Notes: generated from the sequence alone by a model not told the origin. A stretch of DNA of 32,000 nt from Ignavibacteriales bacterium (GCA_037441705.1 JBBIRR010000026.1:28029-60028); one strand, 5' to 3'. Shown: positions 16,848-27,750, counted from the stretch's first letter. Made by a program: numbers and translations.

Positions 16848-18170
16848 ATGGATGTGCGACTCCCCCGTCTTGGCGAGGGTGCCGATAGCGGCACCGTCGC
16901 CACGATTTTTGTCAAAGAAGGCGAGACCGTCAAGAAAGATCAACCCATTCTTGAACTCGAAAGCGAGAAGGCCGTTGCCTCCATCCCGACGCCGGTGTCG
17001 GGAACGATCACGAAGATTCACGTGAAGGAAGGAGACGAGATTAAAGTCGGCACGCTCATCTTTTCGGTCGCCGAAAGCGGCGCGCCCGCACATCGGGAGA
17101 CGGAACGCGCTGAGCCGACACCGGTTGAGGAACCGGCGATGCCTTCAGCAGCCGCCGCTGCCCCAATGCCTGCCCCAGCGGTCCCCGTTGCTCCGGCGCC
17201 GGTTGAGTTCGCGCCTTCGGCACAGGTTCCGGGCGTTCCGCCGCCTGCATCGCCCTCGATCCGGAGAATTGCGCGCGAACTTGGCATCGATCTCACGCGC
17301 ATCCGCGGCAGCGAACGCGGCGGCAGGATCGTCATGGCCGACCTGCGCAACTACATTGCGCGCCTGCAGGCCCTTGCGATGCAGCAGACTCAGGCACAGC
17401 CTCAACCGTCCACCCAGCCACCATCCAAACCTGCCCCGGTCAGCATCGATTTCTCGAAGTGGGGAAGTGTAGAGCGGACGAAAATCTCTCAACTCCGCAG
17501 GTCCATCAGTACCAAGATGGTGGCGTCGTGGACCACCGCGCCGCACGTCACGCAGTTCGAGAACGCCGATATCACCGACCTTCTTGCCCTCAGAAAAAAA
17601 TTTCAGAAGGCATACGAGAAGAAGAAGGCGAACCTCACACTCACCCCGTTCATCTTGAAAGCTGTTGTCGACACGTTGAAGAAACATCCGATGTTCAACG
17701 CGAGCATTGACGAAGCGGTGGGCGAGATCGTGTACAAGCACTACTACCACATCGGTATTGCCGTGGATACGGAGCAGGGACTGATCGTGCCGGTGATTCG
17801 GGACGTGGACAAGAAGAGCTTGCTGGAGCTTTCGCTTGAGCTGCAGGACCTTGCCGAGCGCACGCGGCAGCGCAAAGTCAGTCTCGAAGAAATGCAAGGC
17901 GGAACGTTTACCATCTCCAACCAGGGCAGCATCGGCGGGGCGCACTTCACGCCGATCATCAACACGCCCGAAGTGGCCATCCTCGGCATCGGGCGCGGGT
18001 CGCTGCAACCGGTGGTGAAGGGCAAGAAGATCGTACAGCGGATGATCCTTCCGCTCGGCCTCTCGTACGACCATCGTGTGATTGACGGCGCCAACGCCGC
18101 GCGGTTCATCACCGACTTCGTGCAGGCGCTGCAGAGTTTCAACGAAAAGAGCGTGAAGATTGAGGGATGA
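16848..18170 (+). CDS. aceF: dihydrolipoamide acetyltransferase (E2) of the pyruvate dehydrogenase complex
   Basis: There is a single lipoyl domain (LELESEKAVASIPTPVSGTITKIHVKEGDEIKVG) and an Ala/Pro-rich linker. The E3/E1-binding domain is PSIRRIARELGIDLTRIRGSERGGRI. The catalytic motif is DHRVIDGA. AGGAGA lies 8 nt upstream of the ATG. Confidence 0.93.
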   Translation: MDVRLPRLGEGADSGTVATIFVKEGETVKKDQPILELESEKAVASIPTPVSGTITKIHVKEGDEIKVGTLIFSVAESGAPAHRETERAEPTPVEEPAMPSAAAAAPMPAPAVPVAPAPVEFAPSAQVPGVPPPASPSIRRIARELGIDLTRIRGSERGGRIVMADLRNYIARLQALAMQQTQAQPQPSTQPPSKPAPVSIDFSKWGSVERTKISQLRRSISTKMVASWTTAPHVTQFENADITDLLALRKKFQKAYEKKKANLTLTPFILKAVVDTLKKHPMFNASIDEAVGEIVYKHYYHIGIAVDTEQGLIVPVIRDVDKKSLLELSLELQDLAERTRQRKVSLEEMQGGTFTISNQGSIGGAHFTPIINTPEVAILGIGRGSLQPVVKGKKIVQRMILPLGLSYDHRVIDGANAARFITDFVQALQSFNEKSVKIEG

Positions 18171-18180
18171 AAAAGCTTAA

Positions 18181-18346
18181 CCACCAAGGATACGAAGCAC
18201 ACGAAGGGACACGAAGAAGCTGATCAATTTCAACGTTTCTCTCGTCACGCATGGGAAAAATCGTGGTCGAATCTCCTTTGTGAAACTTTGTACCCTTAGT
18301 GACTTAGTGTTGAACTCATGTATGAAGGCAAAAGACTGTAAAGTGA
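18181..18346 (+). repeat. unit 1 (166 nt, gene-less) of a tandem hairpin element
   Basis: The unit starts CCACCAAGGATACGAAGCACACGAAGGGACACGAA and ends ...CATGTATGAAGGCAAAAGACTGTAAAGTGA. It contains a relic of the GxxExxY gene 3' end, translating as LINFNVSLVTHGKNRG. Confidence 0.9.
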
Positions 18347-18893
18347 CCACCAAGGATACGAAGCACACGAAGGGACACGAACTGTTTATGACAAGGCTCC
18401 GGTGATGCTCGAACGTAGAAGCAAAAAGGAATTCGCTCCTCTTTCTGCCCGAGAGGAAGAAATCGGTCGCATGATAGTGGACTCGGCGTATGCTGTCCAC
18501 AAGGAATTGGGCCCGGGGTTGTTCGAACGAGTCTACGAAGCCGCCTTTTGCTTTGAATTGACTCAGCGAGGGCTCCCGTACAAGAGACAGGGAGAGTACG
18601 ACATCGTGTATAAGGGATTGTCTCTCGAAGATGCAGTGAGGTTGGATGTTTTTGTTGACGACTTGGTGATTTGTGAATTGAAGGCGGTTGATGAGATGAA
18701 CCCAGTTTGGAAGGCGCAGCTCATAAGCTATCTCAAACTAATGAAGAAGCGCTTGGGGTACCTGATCAACTTCAATGTCCCGCTCATCAAGCACGGCATA
18801 AAAAGATTCGTGGTCTAATCTCCTTTGTGAAACTTCGTACCCTTAGTGACTTAGTGTTGAATTCATGTATGAAGGCAAGAGACTGTGAAGTAA
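18347..18893 (+). repeat. unit 2 (547 nt) of the same element, carrying the intact GxxExxY gene
   Basis: Its first 35 nt are identical to unit 1. Its last ~75 nt are about 95% identical to units 1 and 3 by my base-by-base comparison. Confidence 0.9.
18405..18818 (+). CDS. GxxExxY family protein (PD-(D/E)XK nuclease-like)
   Basis: The motif GLFERVY (G-x-x-E-x-x-Y) lies within HKELGPGLFERVYEAAF. It is followed by LDVFVDDLVICELKAV (D...E-x-K). The C-terminal end LINFNVPLIKHGIKRFVV is typical of the family. Confidence 0.8.
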   Translation: MLERRSKKEFAPLSAREEEIGRMIVDSAYAVHKELGPGLFERVYEAAFCFELTQRGLPYKRQGEYDIVYKGLSLEDAVRLDVFVDDLVICELKAVDEMNPVWKAQLISYLKLMKKRLGYLINFNVPLIKHGIKRFVV

Positions 18894-19048
18894 CCACCAA
18901 GGATACGAAGCACACAAAGGGACACGAAGAAGCTGATCAATTTCAACGTTTCTCTCGTCATGCACGGCAAAAATCGTGGTCTAATCTCCTTTGTGAAACT
19001 TTGCACCCTTAGTGACTTAGTGTTGAATTCATGTATGAAAGGCAAAGA
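18894..19048 (+). repeat. unit 3 (gene-less) of the tandem element, abutting the lpdA start
   Basis: The architecture matches unit 1, with about 7 substitutions over 150 nt. The end of the unit merges into the lpdA ribosome-binding region. Confidence 0.9.
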
Positions 19049-20467
19049 ATGAAGCCCATCAAAACTGAAATCGTTGTCGTTGGTTCGGGTCCCGGCGGGT
19101 ATGCAGCAGCATTCTACGCGGCAGATCGCGGCAAGAAAGTGATTATGGTGGAGAAGGATGCCGTTCTCGGCGGCGTGTGTTTGAATGTGGGCTGCATTCC
19201 CTCGAAAGCGTATCTGCATGCCGCCAAACTCATTCAGGAGGCGCAGGACTCCGAGCACCGCGGCATCAGCTTCGGCAAGCCGACGCTCGATCTGGCCAAG
19301 ATGCGCGCGTGGAAGAACTCCATCACCGGCAAGCTTGCCGGCGGCGTGGCGACCCTGGCCAAAAGCCGCGGCGTTGAGGTGATGTTCGGGCGCGGCTACT
19401 TCGAGGACTCCAAGACGCTGCGCGTCGAAACGAATGAGGGCCAGAAGTTTATTACGTTCGATCACGCCATCATCGCCACCGGCTCGCGTGCAGCAATGCC
19501 CACAGCATTCGACCTCGGCAACAGGCGCATCATGACCTCCACGGAAGCACTGGAAGTAGAAGAGGTGCCGAAGAATCTCCTGGTTGTGGGGGGCGGCTAC
19601 ATCGGCATGGAACTCGGCACCGTCTATGCCACGCTCGGCAGCTCGATCGTCCTGGTGGAAGCACTCGAGACGATTCTGACCGGAGCCGACACCGATCTCA
19701 TCCGACCCGTCGTCAAGCGAGCCGCGGAGGCTTTCAAAGAAATCCGTCTCAAGGCAAAAGTCCTGAAGATGGCGACACACAAACAGCAGATCACAGTGAC
19801 GATGGAGTATGATGGGAAGGAGATAGAAGAACTGTACGACCGCGTGCTCGTGGCCGTTGGCCGTACACCGAACAGCAGCGACATCGGCCTGGAGAACACG
19901 CAAGTCCAGCGAGACGAGCGGGGCTTCGTGAAGGTGAACGACAGGCTTCAAACCGATGACCCGATGATCTATGCCATCGGCGACGTCGCGGGCGGCGTGC
20001 TGCTGGCCCACAAAGCCGCGAAAGAAGCGCGCATCGCCGTTGATGCCATTCTTGGTGAAAACGCCTCCGCCGACGACATTATCATTCCGGCCGTCGTGTT
20101 TACGGATCCCGAACTTGCCTGGGCCGGCCTCACAGAAGCGGAGGCGAGACAGCGCAACATTCCGGTGGAAGTTGCAAAGTTCCCCTGGTCTGCATCGGGC
20201 CGGGCGCTCACCTTCGATCGACCCGACGGCATGACGAAGTTAATCATCGAGCCGGAAACCGAGCGCGTGTTAGGCGTGGGAATGGTGGGCGCGCACGCCG
20301 GCGAGTTGATTGCCGAAGGGGTTGTCGCCATTGAGATGGGTGCAACCGTGCGTGATCTTGCCGAAACGATTCACGCCCATCCCACACTTTCGGAAACCAT
20401 CATGGAGGCCGCGCACGCGTTCTACGGCGATGCAACACACATCTACTCGCCGAAGAAGCGACATTGA
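19049..20467 (+). CDS. lpdA: dihydrolipoyl dehydrogenase (E3)
   Basis: The N-terminus is MKPIKTEIVVVGSGPGGY (FAD-binding). The redox-active disulfide motif is GGVCLNVGCIPSK, and HAHPTLSE lies near the C-terminus. I placed the start at the ATG at 19049; the track start at 19031 lies inside the repeat. Confidence 0.93.
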   Translation: MKPIKTEIVVVGSGPGGYAAAFYAADRGKKVIMVEKDAVLGGVCLNVGCIPSKAYLHAAKLIQEAQDSEHRGISFGKPTLDLAKMRAWKNSITGKLAGGVATLAKSRGVEVMFGRGYFEDSKTLRVETNEGQKFITFDHAIIATGSRAAMPTAFDLGNRRIMTSTEALEVEEVPKNLLVVGGGYIGMELGTVYATLGSSIVLVEALETILTGADTDLIRPVVKRAAEAFKEIRLKAKVLKMATHKQQITVTMEYDGKEIEELYDRVLVAVGRTPNSSDIGLENTQVQRDERGFVKVNDRLQTDDPMIYAIGDVAGGVLLAHKAAKEARIAVDAILGENASADDIIIPAVVFTDPELAWAGLTEAEARQRNIPVEVAKFPWSASGRALTFDRPDGMTKLIIEPETERVLGVGMVGAHAGELIAEGVVAIEMGATVRDLAETIHAHPTLSETIMEAAHAFYGDATHIYSPKKRH

Positions 20468-20619
20468 GATGTACGTGACGAGAATGGTACGACGCTCTTG
20501 CTGATGCATCCCGCCGTTCACGTTCGTTGCCATTCGTAGGGCTTTTCTCTATATTTTTTTCATCACGAACGGCAATCTGCCGTAAGGTTTCCATCTTCTT
20601 GAGAGGAGATTGTGCTGTC

Positions 20620-23154
20620 ATGGCGCTGTCGAAGAAAGCTCGAATGTGGCTGGTTATTCTCGCGATCCCGATTGTGTTGCTGGCCGGTGCCGTAGTTGCC
20701 CTGAAACTGTATTTCACGAGTGAGCGATTGAAGGCGCTGGTCGTACCGCGCATCGAGGAGGCAACCGGGACTCCGGTGGCAATTGAAGATATCAGCCTTT
20801 CCATCATCCCCACCATTGCCCTTGATGTACGCGGCCTCTCCATCGCAAGCAAGCCGGGCTTCACCGAACAGCCTTTGCTTGCTATCGAGCGGCTGCTGCT
20901 GGATGTGAAACTCTGGCCGCTGTTCGAGAAGAAGGTGGAGGTCTCATCGCTCGTACTCGAGCGCCCGCGCATCACCCTCGAGACGAAAGAGGATGGTTCG
21001 ACAAATTACGCGAGGGAAAAGTCCGCCCCTGCTTCAACACCTTCTGCACCCGCGCCCGAGGCGACGCCGATGGCAGCCGTTCTGCTGCCCGACTTTCGTA
21101 TCGTCAATGGCTACATCGACATGATTGATCACCGCGATAACTCCCGTCAGATCCTCGACGGGTTTCATGAGCAGGCCTCGGTTCATTTCACCCCTGCAAC
21201 AAACGAAGCGCGGATTGAAAGCAAGACGGCGATCGACCGGTACAGCTACGGCACCATCACAACTCCCCTTATCACGGATTGGCGCATCAATGCAGATGCA
21301 ACGATGCTGTATCACGCCGGGAAACGGCTCGCCTCGATCGAGAAAGGCAAAGGGTTCCTCAACGCCATTCCGTTCGACATCACGGGTTCGATAGACTTGA
21401 GCGACAAGCCGCTTCTGGACCTGACGATTGCAGCAAAGGATGTAAACGTTGCCCATCTTCTCAATCTCACGCCGAAAGCATACGTCGAGAAAATCAAAGG
21501 AGTGGAAGGGAACGGCCCGGTGCAGGCCACGATTGTGGTGAAAGGAGTGTACGATAGCGATACACGCACTCTGCCGGAGGTTTCAGGAAACATCAGCACA
21601 ACGAATGCCGCCATTCATTTCCCGAACATTCCGAAACCCATCACCAACATTAATCTCATCGCCGACTTTGTACGCGGAAAGACAAAGCAAGAATTTCACA
21701 TACGAAAACTGACGGCATCGCTCGGGCAGAATCCCGTCTCGCTAACGATGGGTGTGGTAGATTTCGACGACCCGAATCTGACTCTCACAATGACCGCGTC
21801 CCTCAACCTGAATGAGATCAAGGACTACTACCCGCTGGAAAGCGGCACGGTGTTGTCGGGAAGGCTGAACGGGAACGTCACGATCAACGGTAAGGTGAAC
21901 AAGCCCGATGCGCTCAGGGCGTCGGGCAGCATGGAGTTCAACGATGTAACCATTGCCACCGCTGAAAGCCCGAACCCGGTGAAGAACATGAACGGAACGA
22001 TTTCGTTCAGCAATCAAGTGCTGGAGTCGAAGAAGCTTTCCATGACGATCGGCAGATCGGATCTGGCCCTGTCGTTTACGATGCGCAACTATCTTTCAAT
22101 GATGTCCGACAAAAAAGGGGCGCCGAAAGCCATCGCCTCCGCATCGCTTACGTCGAATCATCTGTATACGGCCGACATTATGGGAGAGGACGAGAAGTCC
22201 GGCCAGTCCGAACAACCTTCTTCTCGACGTTCGAGCGGCAAGGCAGCGATGCCGTTGCCGAACGTGGAGATGACGATTGCAGCAAACATCGGTACCCTCA
22301 CGACACAAAAGCTGGAAATGAAGAACGTTCGCGGGACGATGCGAATTGCCGACGGCATCATCTCGATGGACAACCTCACGATGACGATGTTCGATGGGGC
22401 GGTAGCGAGCAAGGGAAGCATCAATCTCCAGAATCCCGAACGCCCCACGTTCCAACTTCATCTTGATCTGAAGAGCCTGCAGGCAAACTCCGCCCTTTCC
22501 ACATTTACCTCGTTCGGTCGGCGCCTGTTCGGCAACATGGACATGAGCATTGATATCAGCGGCGCATTGAACGACACGCTCGGTCTCATACCGCAATCAC
22601 TCAATGCAACGGGAAAGGTGGCCGTGAGCAACGGCAAGCTGACCGGCGTCAAAGTCAACCAGCAAATCGCCAGCATGCTCAGTCTGCCGGATCTCGCCGA
22701 AATCACATTCAAAGATTGGACAAATGCGTTCTCAATCAAAGATGGCCGCGTGGCGATTCCGGAGCTGAAGGTTTCAGCCCTCGGGGCGGACTACACGATC
22801 GCCGGAACGCATGGTCTGGACGGGACGATGGATTTCGGCCTGGCGATGCTGCTCTCCGAATCCGCGTCGGCAAAGGTCCGCGTGCCCGGCTTTGCAGGTG
22901 AAGCACTGAATGCGCTCAAGGAGCCGGACGGGCGGCTGAAACTGAATTTCCTCGTTGGTGGAACGACGGACAACCCTAAAGTGCAGTTGGACTCACAAGC
23001 ACTGCAGGCGCGCGTGGCGGAGTTTGCTCAGAAAAAACTCGACGCCGAAAAGCAAAAGCTCCAACAAAAGTTAGACGCCGAAGCGAAGAAGAAAGCCGAC
23101 GAGTTGAAGAGCAAGGGCGAAGAGTTGCTGAAAGGACTTATCAAGAAAAAGTAG
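20620..23154 (+). CDS. AsmA family protein
   Basis: The N-terminal anchor is MALSKKARMWLVILAIPIVLLAGAVVALKLYF. A long beta-rich region follows, and the tail is K/E-rich. AGGAGA lies 10 nt upstream of the ATG at 20620. Confidence 0.75.
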   Translation: MALSKKARMWLVILAIPIVLLAGAVVALKLYFTSERLKALVVPRIEEATGTPVAIEDISLSIIPTIALDVRGLSIASKPGFTEQPLLAIERLLLDVKLWPLFEKKVEVSSLVLERPRITLETKEDGSTNYAREKSAPASTPSAPAPEATPMAAVLLPDFRIVNGYIDMIDHRDNSRQILDGFHEQASVHFTPATNEARIESKTAIDRYSYGTITTPLITDWRINADATMLYHAGKRLASIEKGKGFLNAIPFDITGSIDLSDKPLLDLTIAAKDVNVAHLLNLTPKAYVEKIKGVEGNGPVQATIVVKGVYDSDTRTLPEVSGNISTTNAAIHFPNIPKPITNINLIADFVRGKTKQEFHIRKLTASLGQNPVSLTMGVVDFDDPNLTLTMTASLNLNEIKDYYPLESGTVLSGRLNGNVTINGKVNKPDALRASGSMEFNDVTIATAESPNPVKNMNGTISFSNQVLESKKLSMTIGRSDLALSFTMRNYLSMMSDKKGAPKAIASASLTSNHLYTADIMGEDEKSGQSEQPSSRRSSGKAAMPLPNVEMTIAANIGTLTTQKLEMKNVRGTMRIADGIISMDNLTMTMFDGAVASKGSINLQNPERPTFQLHLDLKSLQANSALSTFTSFGRRLFGNMDMSIDISGALNDTLGLIPQSLNATGKVAVSNGKLTGVKVNQQIASMLSLPDLAEITFKDWTNAFSIKDGRVAIPELKVSALGADYTIAGTHGLDGTMDFGLAMLLSESASAKVRVPGFAGEALNALKEPDGRLKLNFLVGGTTDNPKVQLDSQALQARVAEFAQKKLDAEKQKLQQKLDAEAKKKADELKSKGEELLKGLIKKK

Positions 23155-23291
23155 ATGAACGTTCTCCCCTTCGATCGTGAGACAGAGCGTTTCTCTTCCG
23201 TCTCGGCGTCAACGCGCACGAACACACGGCGCAGAGCGCGGACGCCGATCCTCAGTAACACACATCGGGTAACGATCGACGCCGGCCTCTC

Positions 23292-24083
23292 GTGATAATC
23301 CGCCCCAAACAATCGCTCGGACAGCATTTTCTGCGAGATGAGAATATCGCGCGCAAGATCGTGGCTGCGGTCAATCCGCAGCAGGAGGATACCGTGCTGG
23401 AGATTGGTCCGGGCGAGGGCGTGCTCACCAAATATCTGGCGTCATCGTGCCGCCGGCTCATTGTTGTTGACATTGACGCACGCGTGATACGGAGGATGCA
23501 TGCGACCTATCCGGCTGGTGAGATCGAGATTCGGCACGGCGATTTTCTCGACACCGATCTTGCCGCAATGCGGTCGGGCGGCGCGGCCCTTCGCATCGTC
23601 GGCAACATCCCCTACAACATCACGACGCCGATCCTCTTCCACATCCTGGATAATCGGGTGCACGTGCGGGATGCCACACTGATGATGCAGCGGGAAGTTG
23701 CACGACGCCTGATTGCCCAACCCAGCACGAAAGACTACGGCATTCTGGCCGTGTTCACCCAAATGTTTACGCAGGTGAAAGTGCTGTTCGATGTCTCTCC
23801 CGCGTGTTTTTTCCCCGTCCCCGGCGTGACGTCGTCGGTTGTACAGCTACGCATCCGCGAGCGTCCGCTGCATGCATTGGAGAGCGAGGAGTACTTCCGA
23901 AGCATGGTTCGCGCGGTTTTCGGCAAACGACGGAAGACGCTGCGTAACTCGCTGCGGTATTTTCTGGAGGAAAGTTCTGGGCTGCCCCCGTCGTTTGATC
24001 TTTCGAAGCGGCCGGAAGAACTTTCCCTCGACCGGCTGGCAGATCTGGCCAATGCGCTGTTCGGCCACAAGTCTCGCCGATAA
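23292..24083 (+). CDS. rsmA: 16S rRNA (adenine1518/1519-N6)-dimethyltransferase
   Basis: Motifs present are PKQSLGQHFL, the SAM motif LEIGPGEGVLT, and GNIPYNIT. The start codon is GTG. Confidence 0.9.
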   Translation: MIIRPKQSLGQHFLRDENIARKIVAAVNPQQEDTVLEIGPGEGVLTKYLASSCRRLIVVDIDARVIRRMHATYPAGEIEIRHGDFLDTDLAAMRSGGAALRIVGNIPYNITTPILFHILDNRVHVRDATLMMQREVARRLIAQPSTKDYGILAVFTQMFTQVKVLFDVSPACFFPVPGVTSSVVQLRIRERPLHALESEEYFRSMVRAVFGKRRKTLRNSLRYFLEESSGLPPSFDLSKRPEELSLDRLADLANALFGHKSRR

Positions 24084-24127
24084 CTCGATTTCTCTTGTGC
24101 ACCCGTCATGACCTGAAATCAGATCGC

Positions 24128-25096
24128 ATGCACGTTCAAGCCATCACACGCTATCTGCACTCGGCCGACCTGCTGTTCATCGGTTTCAATCTCATTCTCT
24201 CCACCATCAACCTTCTCTTTGCCCACCGCATTCCGTACTGGTGGCTGATTGTGCTGAGCAATTTTGCCGGGTCAGCAGTCATTTGCTTGATGGCATATCT
24301 CCGCCATACAACGGGATGGAAACCGCTCCGCCTGCTGCACGATTGGTACGTTCCGATAGCTACGTTCTTTACATTCAAAGCTCTCTATTTCATGATCAAA
24401 CCGATTCATGGAGGCAGAGACTACGATGACGTGCTGATTGCCATCGACCGATGGCTTTTTGGCGTCAACCCCACGGAGTGGCTGATGCAGTTTGCCCATC
24501 CGTGGCTCACCGAGATTCTTCAGATCGCCTACACCCTGTTTTATTTTCTGTTCCTGATTCTCGGCTACGAATTCTACCGACGACACAATCTGGATCTATT
24601 CCACTACTTCATGTTCACGTGCGTGTATGGTTTCTTCCTGTCGTATCTCGGGTACTTCTTCTTGCCGGCAGTCGGGCCGCGCTTCACGCTCCACGACTTT
24701 GCGACACTCGACCGGGAGCTTCCCGGTGTATTTCTCACAGAGTATCTTCGCTGGTTCGTGAACGCGGGCGGCTCGATTCCCAGCGGCGTACCGAACGACG
24801 TCGCCATCAGCCTGTCGCAGCGCGACGTGTTCCCCAGCGGCCACACGATGATGACGATTGTGCTGATGTACCTGAGCGGGAAGTATCGGGCGAAGTGCCG
24901 CTGGTTCATGTTCGTCACCGGCACACTGCTGATTATTGCCACCGTGTATCAACGATATCACTATGTGGTGGATTTGTTTGCCGGCGCGCTGCTTGCCTGG
25001 TTTTGCATCGCAAGTTCGGCGAAGTTGTATGTGACACTCAAGGCCCGCTACCAGACGATGGAGAGCCGATTCCCTGAAAGCCTGGTGAAGATATGA
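24128..25096 (+). CDS. PAP2 (phosphatidic acid phosphatase type 2) superfamily membrane protein
   Basis: The protein is polytopic. The PAP2 motifs are PSGHTM and QRYHYVVD. I preferred the ATG at 24128 over the TTG at 24095. Confidence 0.75.
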   Translation: MHVQAITRYLHSADLLFIGFNLILSTINLLFAHRIPYWWLIVLSNFAGSAVICLMAYLRHTTGWKPLRLLHDWYVPIATFFTFKALYFMIKPIHGGRDYDDVLIAIDRWLFGVNPTEWLMQFAHPWLTEILQIAYTLFYFLFLILGYEFYRRHNLDLFHYFMFTCVYGFFLSYLGYFFLPAVGPRFTLHDFATLDRELPGVFLTEYLRWFVNAGGSIPSGVPNDVAISLSQRDVFPSGHTMMTIVLMYLSGKYRAKCRWFMFVTGTLLIIATVYQRYHYVVDLFAGALLAWFCIASSAKLYVTLKARYQTMESRFPESLVKI

Positions 25097-25196
25097 TGAA
25101 CGAATCTTCATTCGCGTTGGTTTGCATCTTTTGCATGCTTTGTGTATCTTTTTGACCCGCTGAGGTTCGTTTTTCATTCATTGATAAGGTTAGTTG

Positions 25197-25508
25197 ATGT
25201 ACGCAGTCGTCGACATTGCAGGACAGCAGTTTAGAATGGCAGAACAGGAGCGCCTTCGCGTTCCGTTGCTGAAACAGGAAAAGGGTGCAACCGTTACGTT
25301 CGATCGCGTGTTGTTGTTGGCTGGCGACACGGAAATTCGGGTCGGCAACCCAACCGTGCCGGGCGCAACCGTGCAGGCAACGGTGGTGGATCACGGACAG
25401 GGTGACAAGGTCCTGGTGTTCAAGAAGAAACGCCGCAAGGGGTACCGCGTCAAACGCGGACACCGGCAGGCGTATACCGAGATTCAAGTGACAAAGATTG
25501 GGAAGTAG
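25197..25508 (+). CDS. rplU: 50S ribosomal protein L21
   Basis: The sequence is [14 protein letters not shown]...[23 protein letters not shown], and rpmA follows immediately. Confidence 0.95.
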   Translation: MYAVVDIAGQQFRMAEQERLRVPLLKQEKGATVTFDRVLLLAGDTEIRVGNPTVPGATVQATVVDHGQGDKVLVFKKKRRKGYRVKRGHRQAYTEIQVTKIGK

Positions 25509-25510
25509 CC

Positions 25511-26826
<1,316 letters not shown>

Positions 26827-26851
26827 ACGTCCGACGGTTTGGGCAGAACCG

Positions 26852-26880
26852 CCAATCTCCGTATATTGATGTGAGATTGG
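26852..26880 (+). terminator. hairpin downstream of mdh (possible terminator)
   Basis: A perfect 8-bp stem pairs CCAATCTC with GAGATTGG around a 13-nt loop, 26 nt after the mdh stop. No T-tract follows, so the function is uncertain. Confidence 0.3.
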
Positions 26881-26909
26881 AAAAGCCCACTTTGCAGATG
26901 AACAGACAG

Positions 26910-27653
26910 ATGAAAAGGAGAGCAGCGATCGCTCGGCACATGAGGGTCGAAGTTCTCCTTTTGTTTTTTGCGCTCGTTACGCTCTCCTGCCGCGAAGAAC
27001 TTCCGCTCGGCGGGTCCACCCCCGCCGCCAAACTCGCATTGCAGTTTGTGCCGGGAGACTATTATCAGTTCGATAACTGGAAGCTCGACTTCTACGGCTT
27101 CCGCATTCCCTCATCCTATTATCGCAACAGTTGGACTGTGGCGGATACAGGTGTGAGCCTGAGGGGCGCGGCGCGCGTCATCGTTGTTATCGACAGCACC
27201 TTCGACTCGACGCAGCACCTGGCGCGGCTTGACTCTCTCTTCTTCCGTGTCGATTCGAACGGCGACGTGTTTCAGTACGGCTTCCTGTCGTCGCTTATCG
27301 CCGAACGGGAATCGCTCACGCTTGTGCCAGAGTGGGACCGCATCGCTGCGTTCTCGCAACCGACGGGAAGCTCGTGGGTTCTTGCCCGCATCGACACACC
27401 CGCTGGCGCGCCGTCAGTACAAACAGTCGTCGGCAGCATTGTGCCAACGCCGGAGTACGTCGGCCCGGTGATGGTTGATGGTGAGGAACGCGCCGTTCTC
27501 TCGTATCGCATCGAAATCACAAAGCCAAACCTGGATTATGTTTTCTGGCTCAGCGATGCGCCGACGTCGTTCCCGCGGATGCTGGACGATTCGGAGATCC
27601 TGCGCAACGCAACGCTGCGCGAGCTGAAGACCGTGCGTCGTGCCCGGCGCTGA
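26910..27653 (+). CDS. hypothetical protein, probable lipoprotein
   Basis: The N-terminus MKRRAAIARHMRVEVLLLFFALVTLSC looks like a signal peptide with a lipobox-like TLSC. I recognise no family. The start is uncertain: 26871, 26898 and 26910 are all possible. Confidence 0.5.
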   Translation: MKRRAAIARHMRVEVLLLFFALVTLSCREELPLGGSTPAAKLALQFVPGDYYQFDNWKLDFYGFRIPSSYYRNSWTVADTGVSLRGAARVIVVIDSTFDSTQHLARLDSLFFRVDSNGDVFQYGFLSSLIAERESLTLVPEWDRIAAFSQPTGSSWVLARIDTPAGAPSVQTVVGSIVPTPEYVGPVMVDGEERAVLSYRIEITKPNLDYVFWLSDAPTSFPRMLDDSEILRNATLRELKTVRRARR

Positions 27654-27693
27654 CCATACGTCCCCTACGAACTGCAGCGCGGGAAATCCTTAC

Positions 27694-27735
27694 AAAAAAA
27701 AGACCGTCACGATCGACCGTGACGGTCCCATTTTC
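27694..27735. terminator. bidirectional intrinsic terminator between convergent genes
   Basis: A perfect 10-bp stem pairs GACCGTCACG (27702..27711) with CGTGACGGTC (27718..27727) around a 6-nt loop. It is flanked by A8 on one side and CCATTTTCTT on the other. Confidence 0.8.
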
Positions 27736-27750
27736 TTCCAAAGAGGCTGC

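Noticed and set aside
17145-18074. 309-aa minus-strand ORF inside aceF
   Set aside because: It is antisense to the E2 gene and has the composition of an antisense artefact.
18177-18500. 107-aa minus-strand ORF across repeat unit 1
   Set aside because: It is read-through of the tandem repeat on the antisense strand (FVSLVV-type peptide) and overlaps the GxxExxY gene start.
18181-19048. Possible CRISPR array
   Set aside because: There are only three units, each 155-547 nt long, with no short spacer/repeat periodicity and with internal gene relics. This is not CRISPR-like.
18863-20011. 382-aa minus-strand ORF
   Set aside because: It is antisense to lpdA and reads through the tandem repeat units. 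Its composition looks like an antisense artefact.
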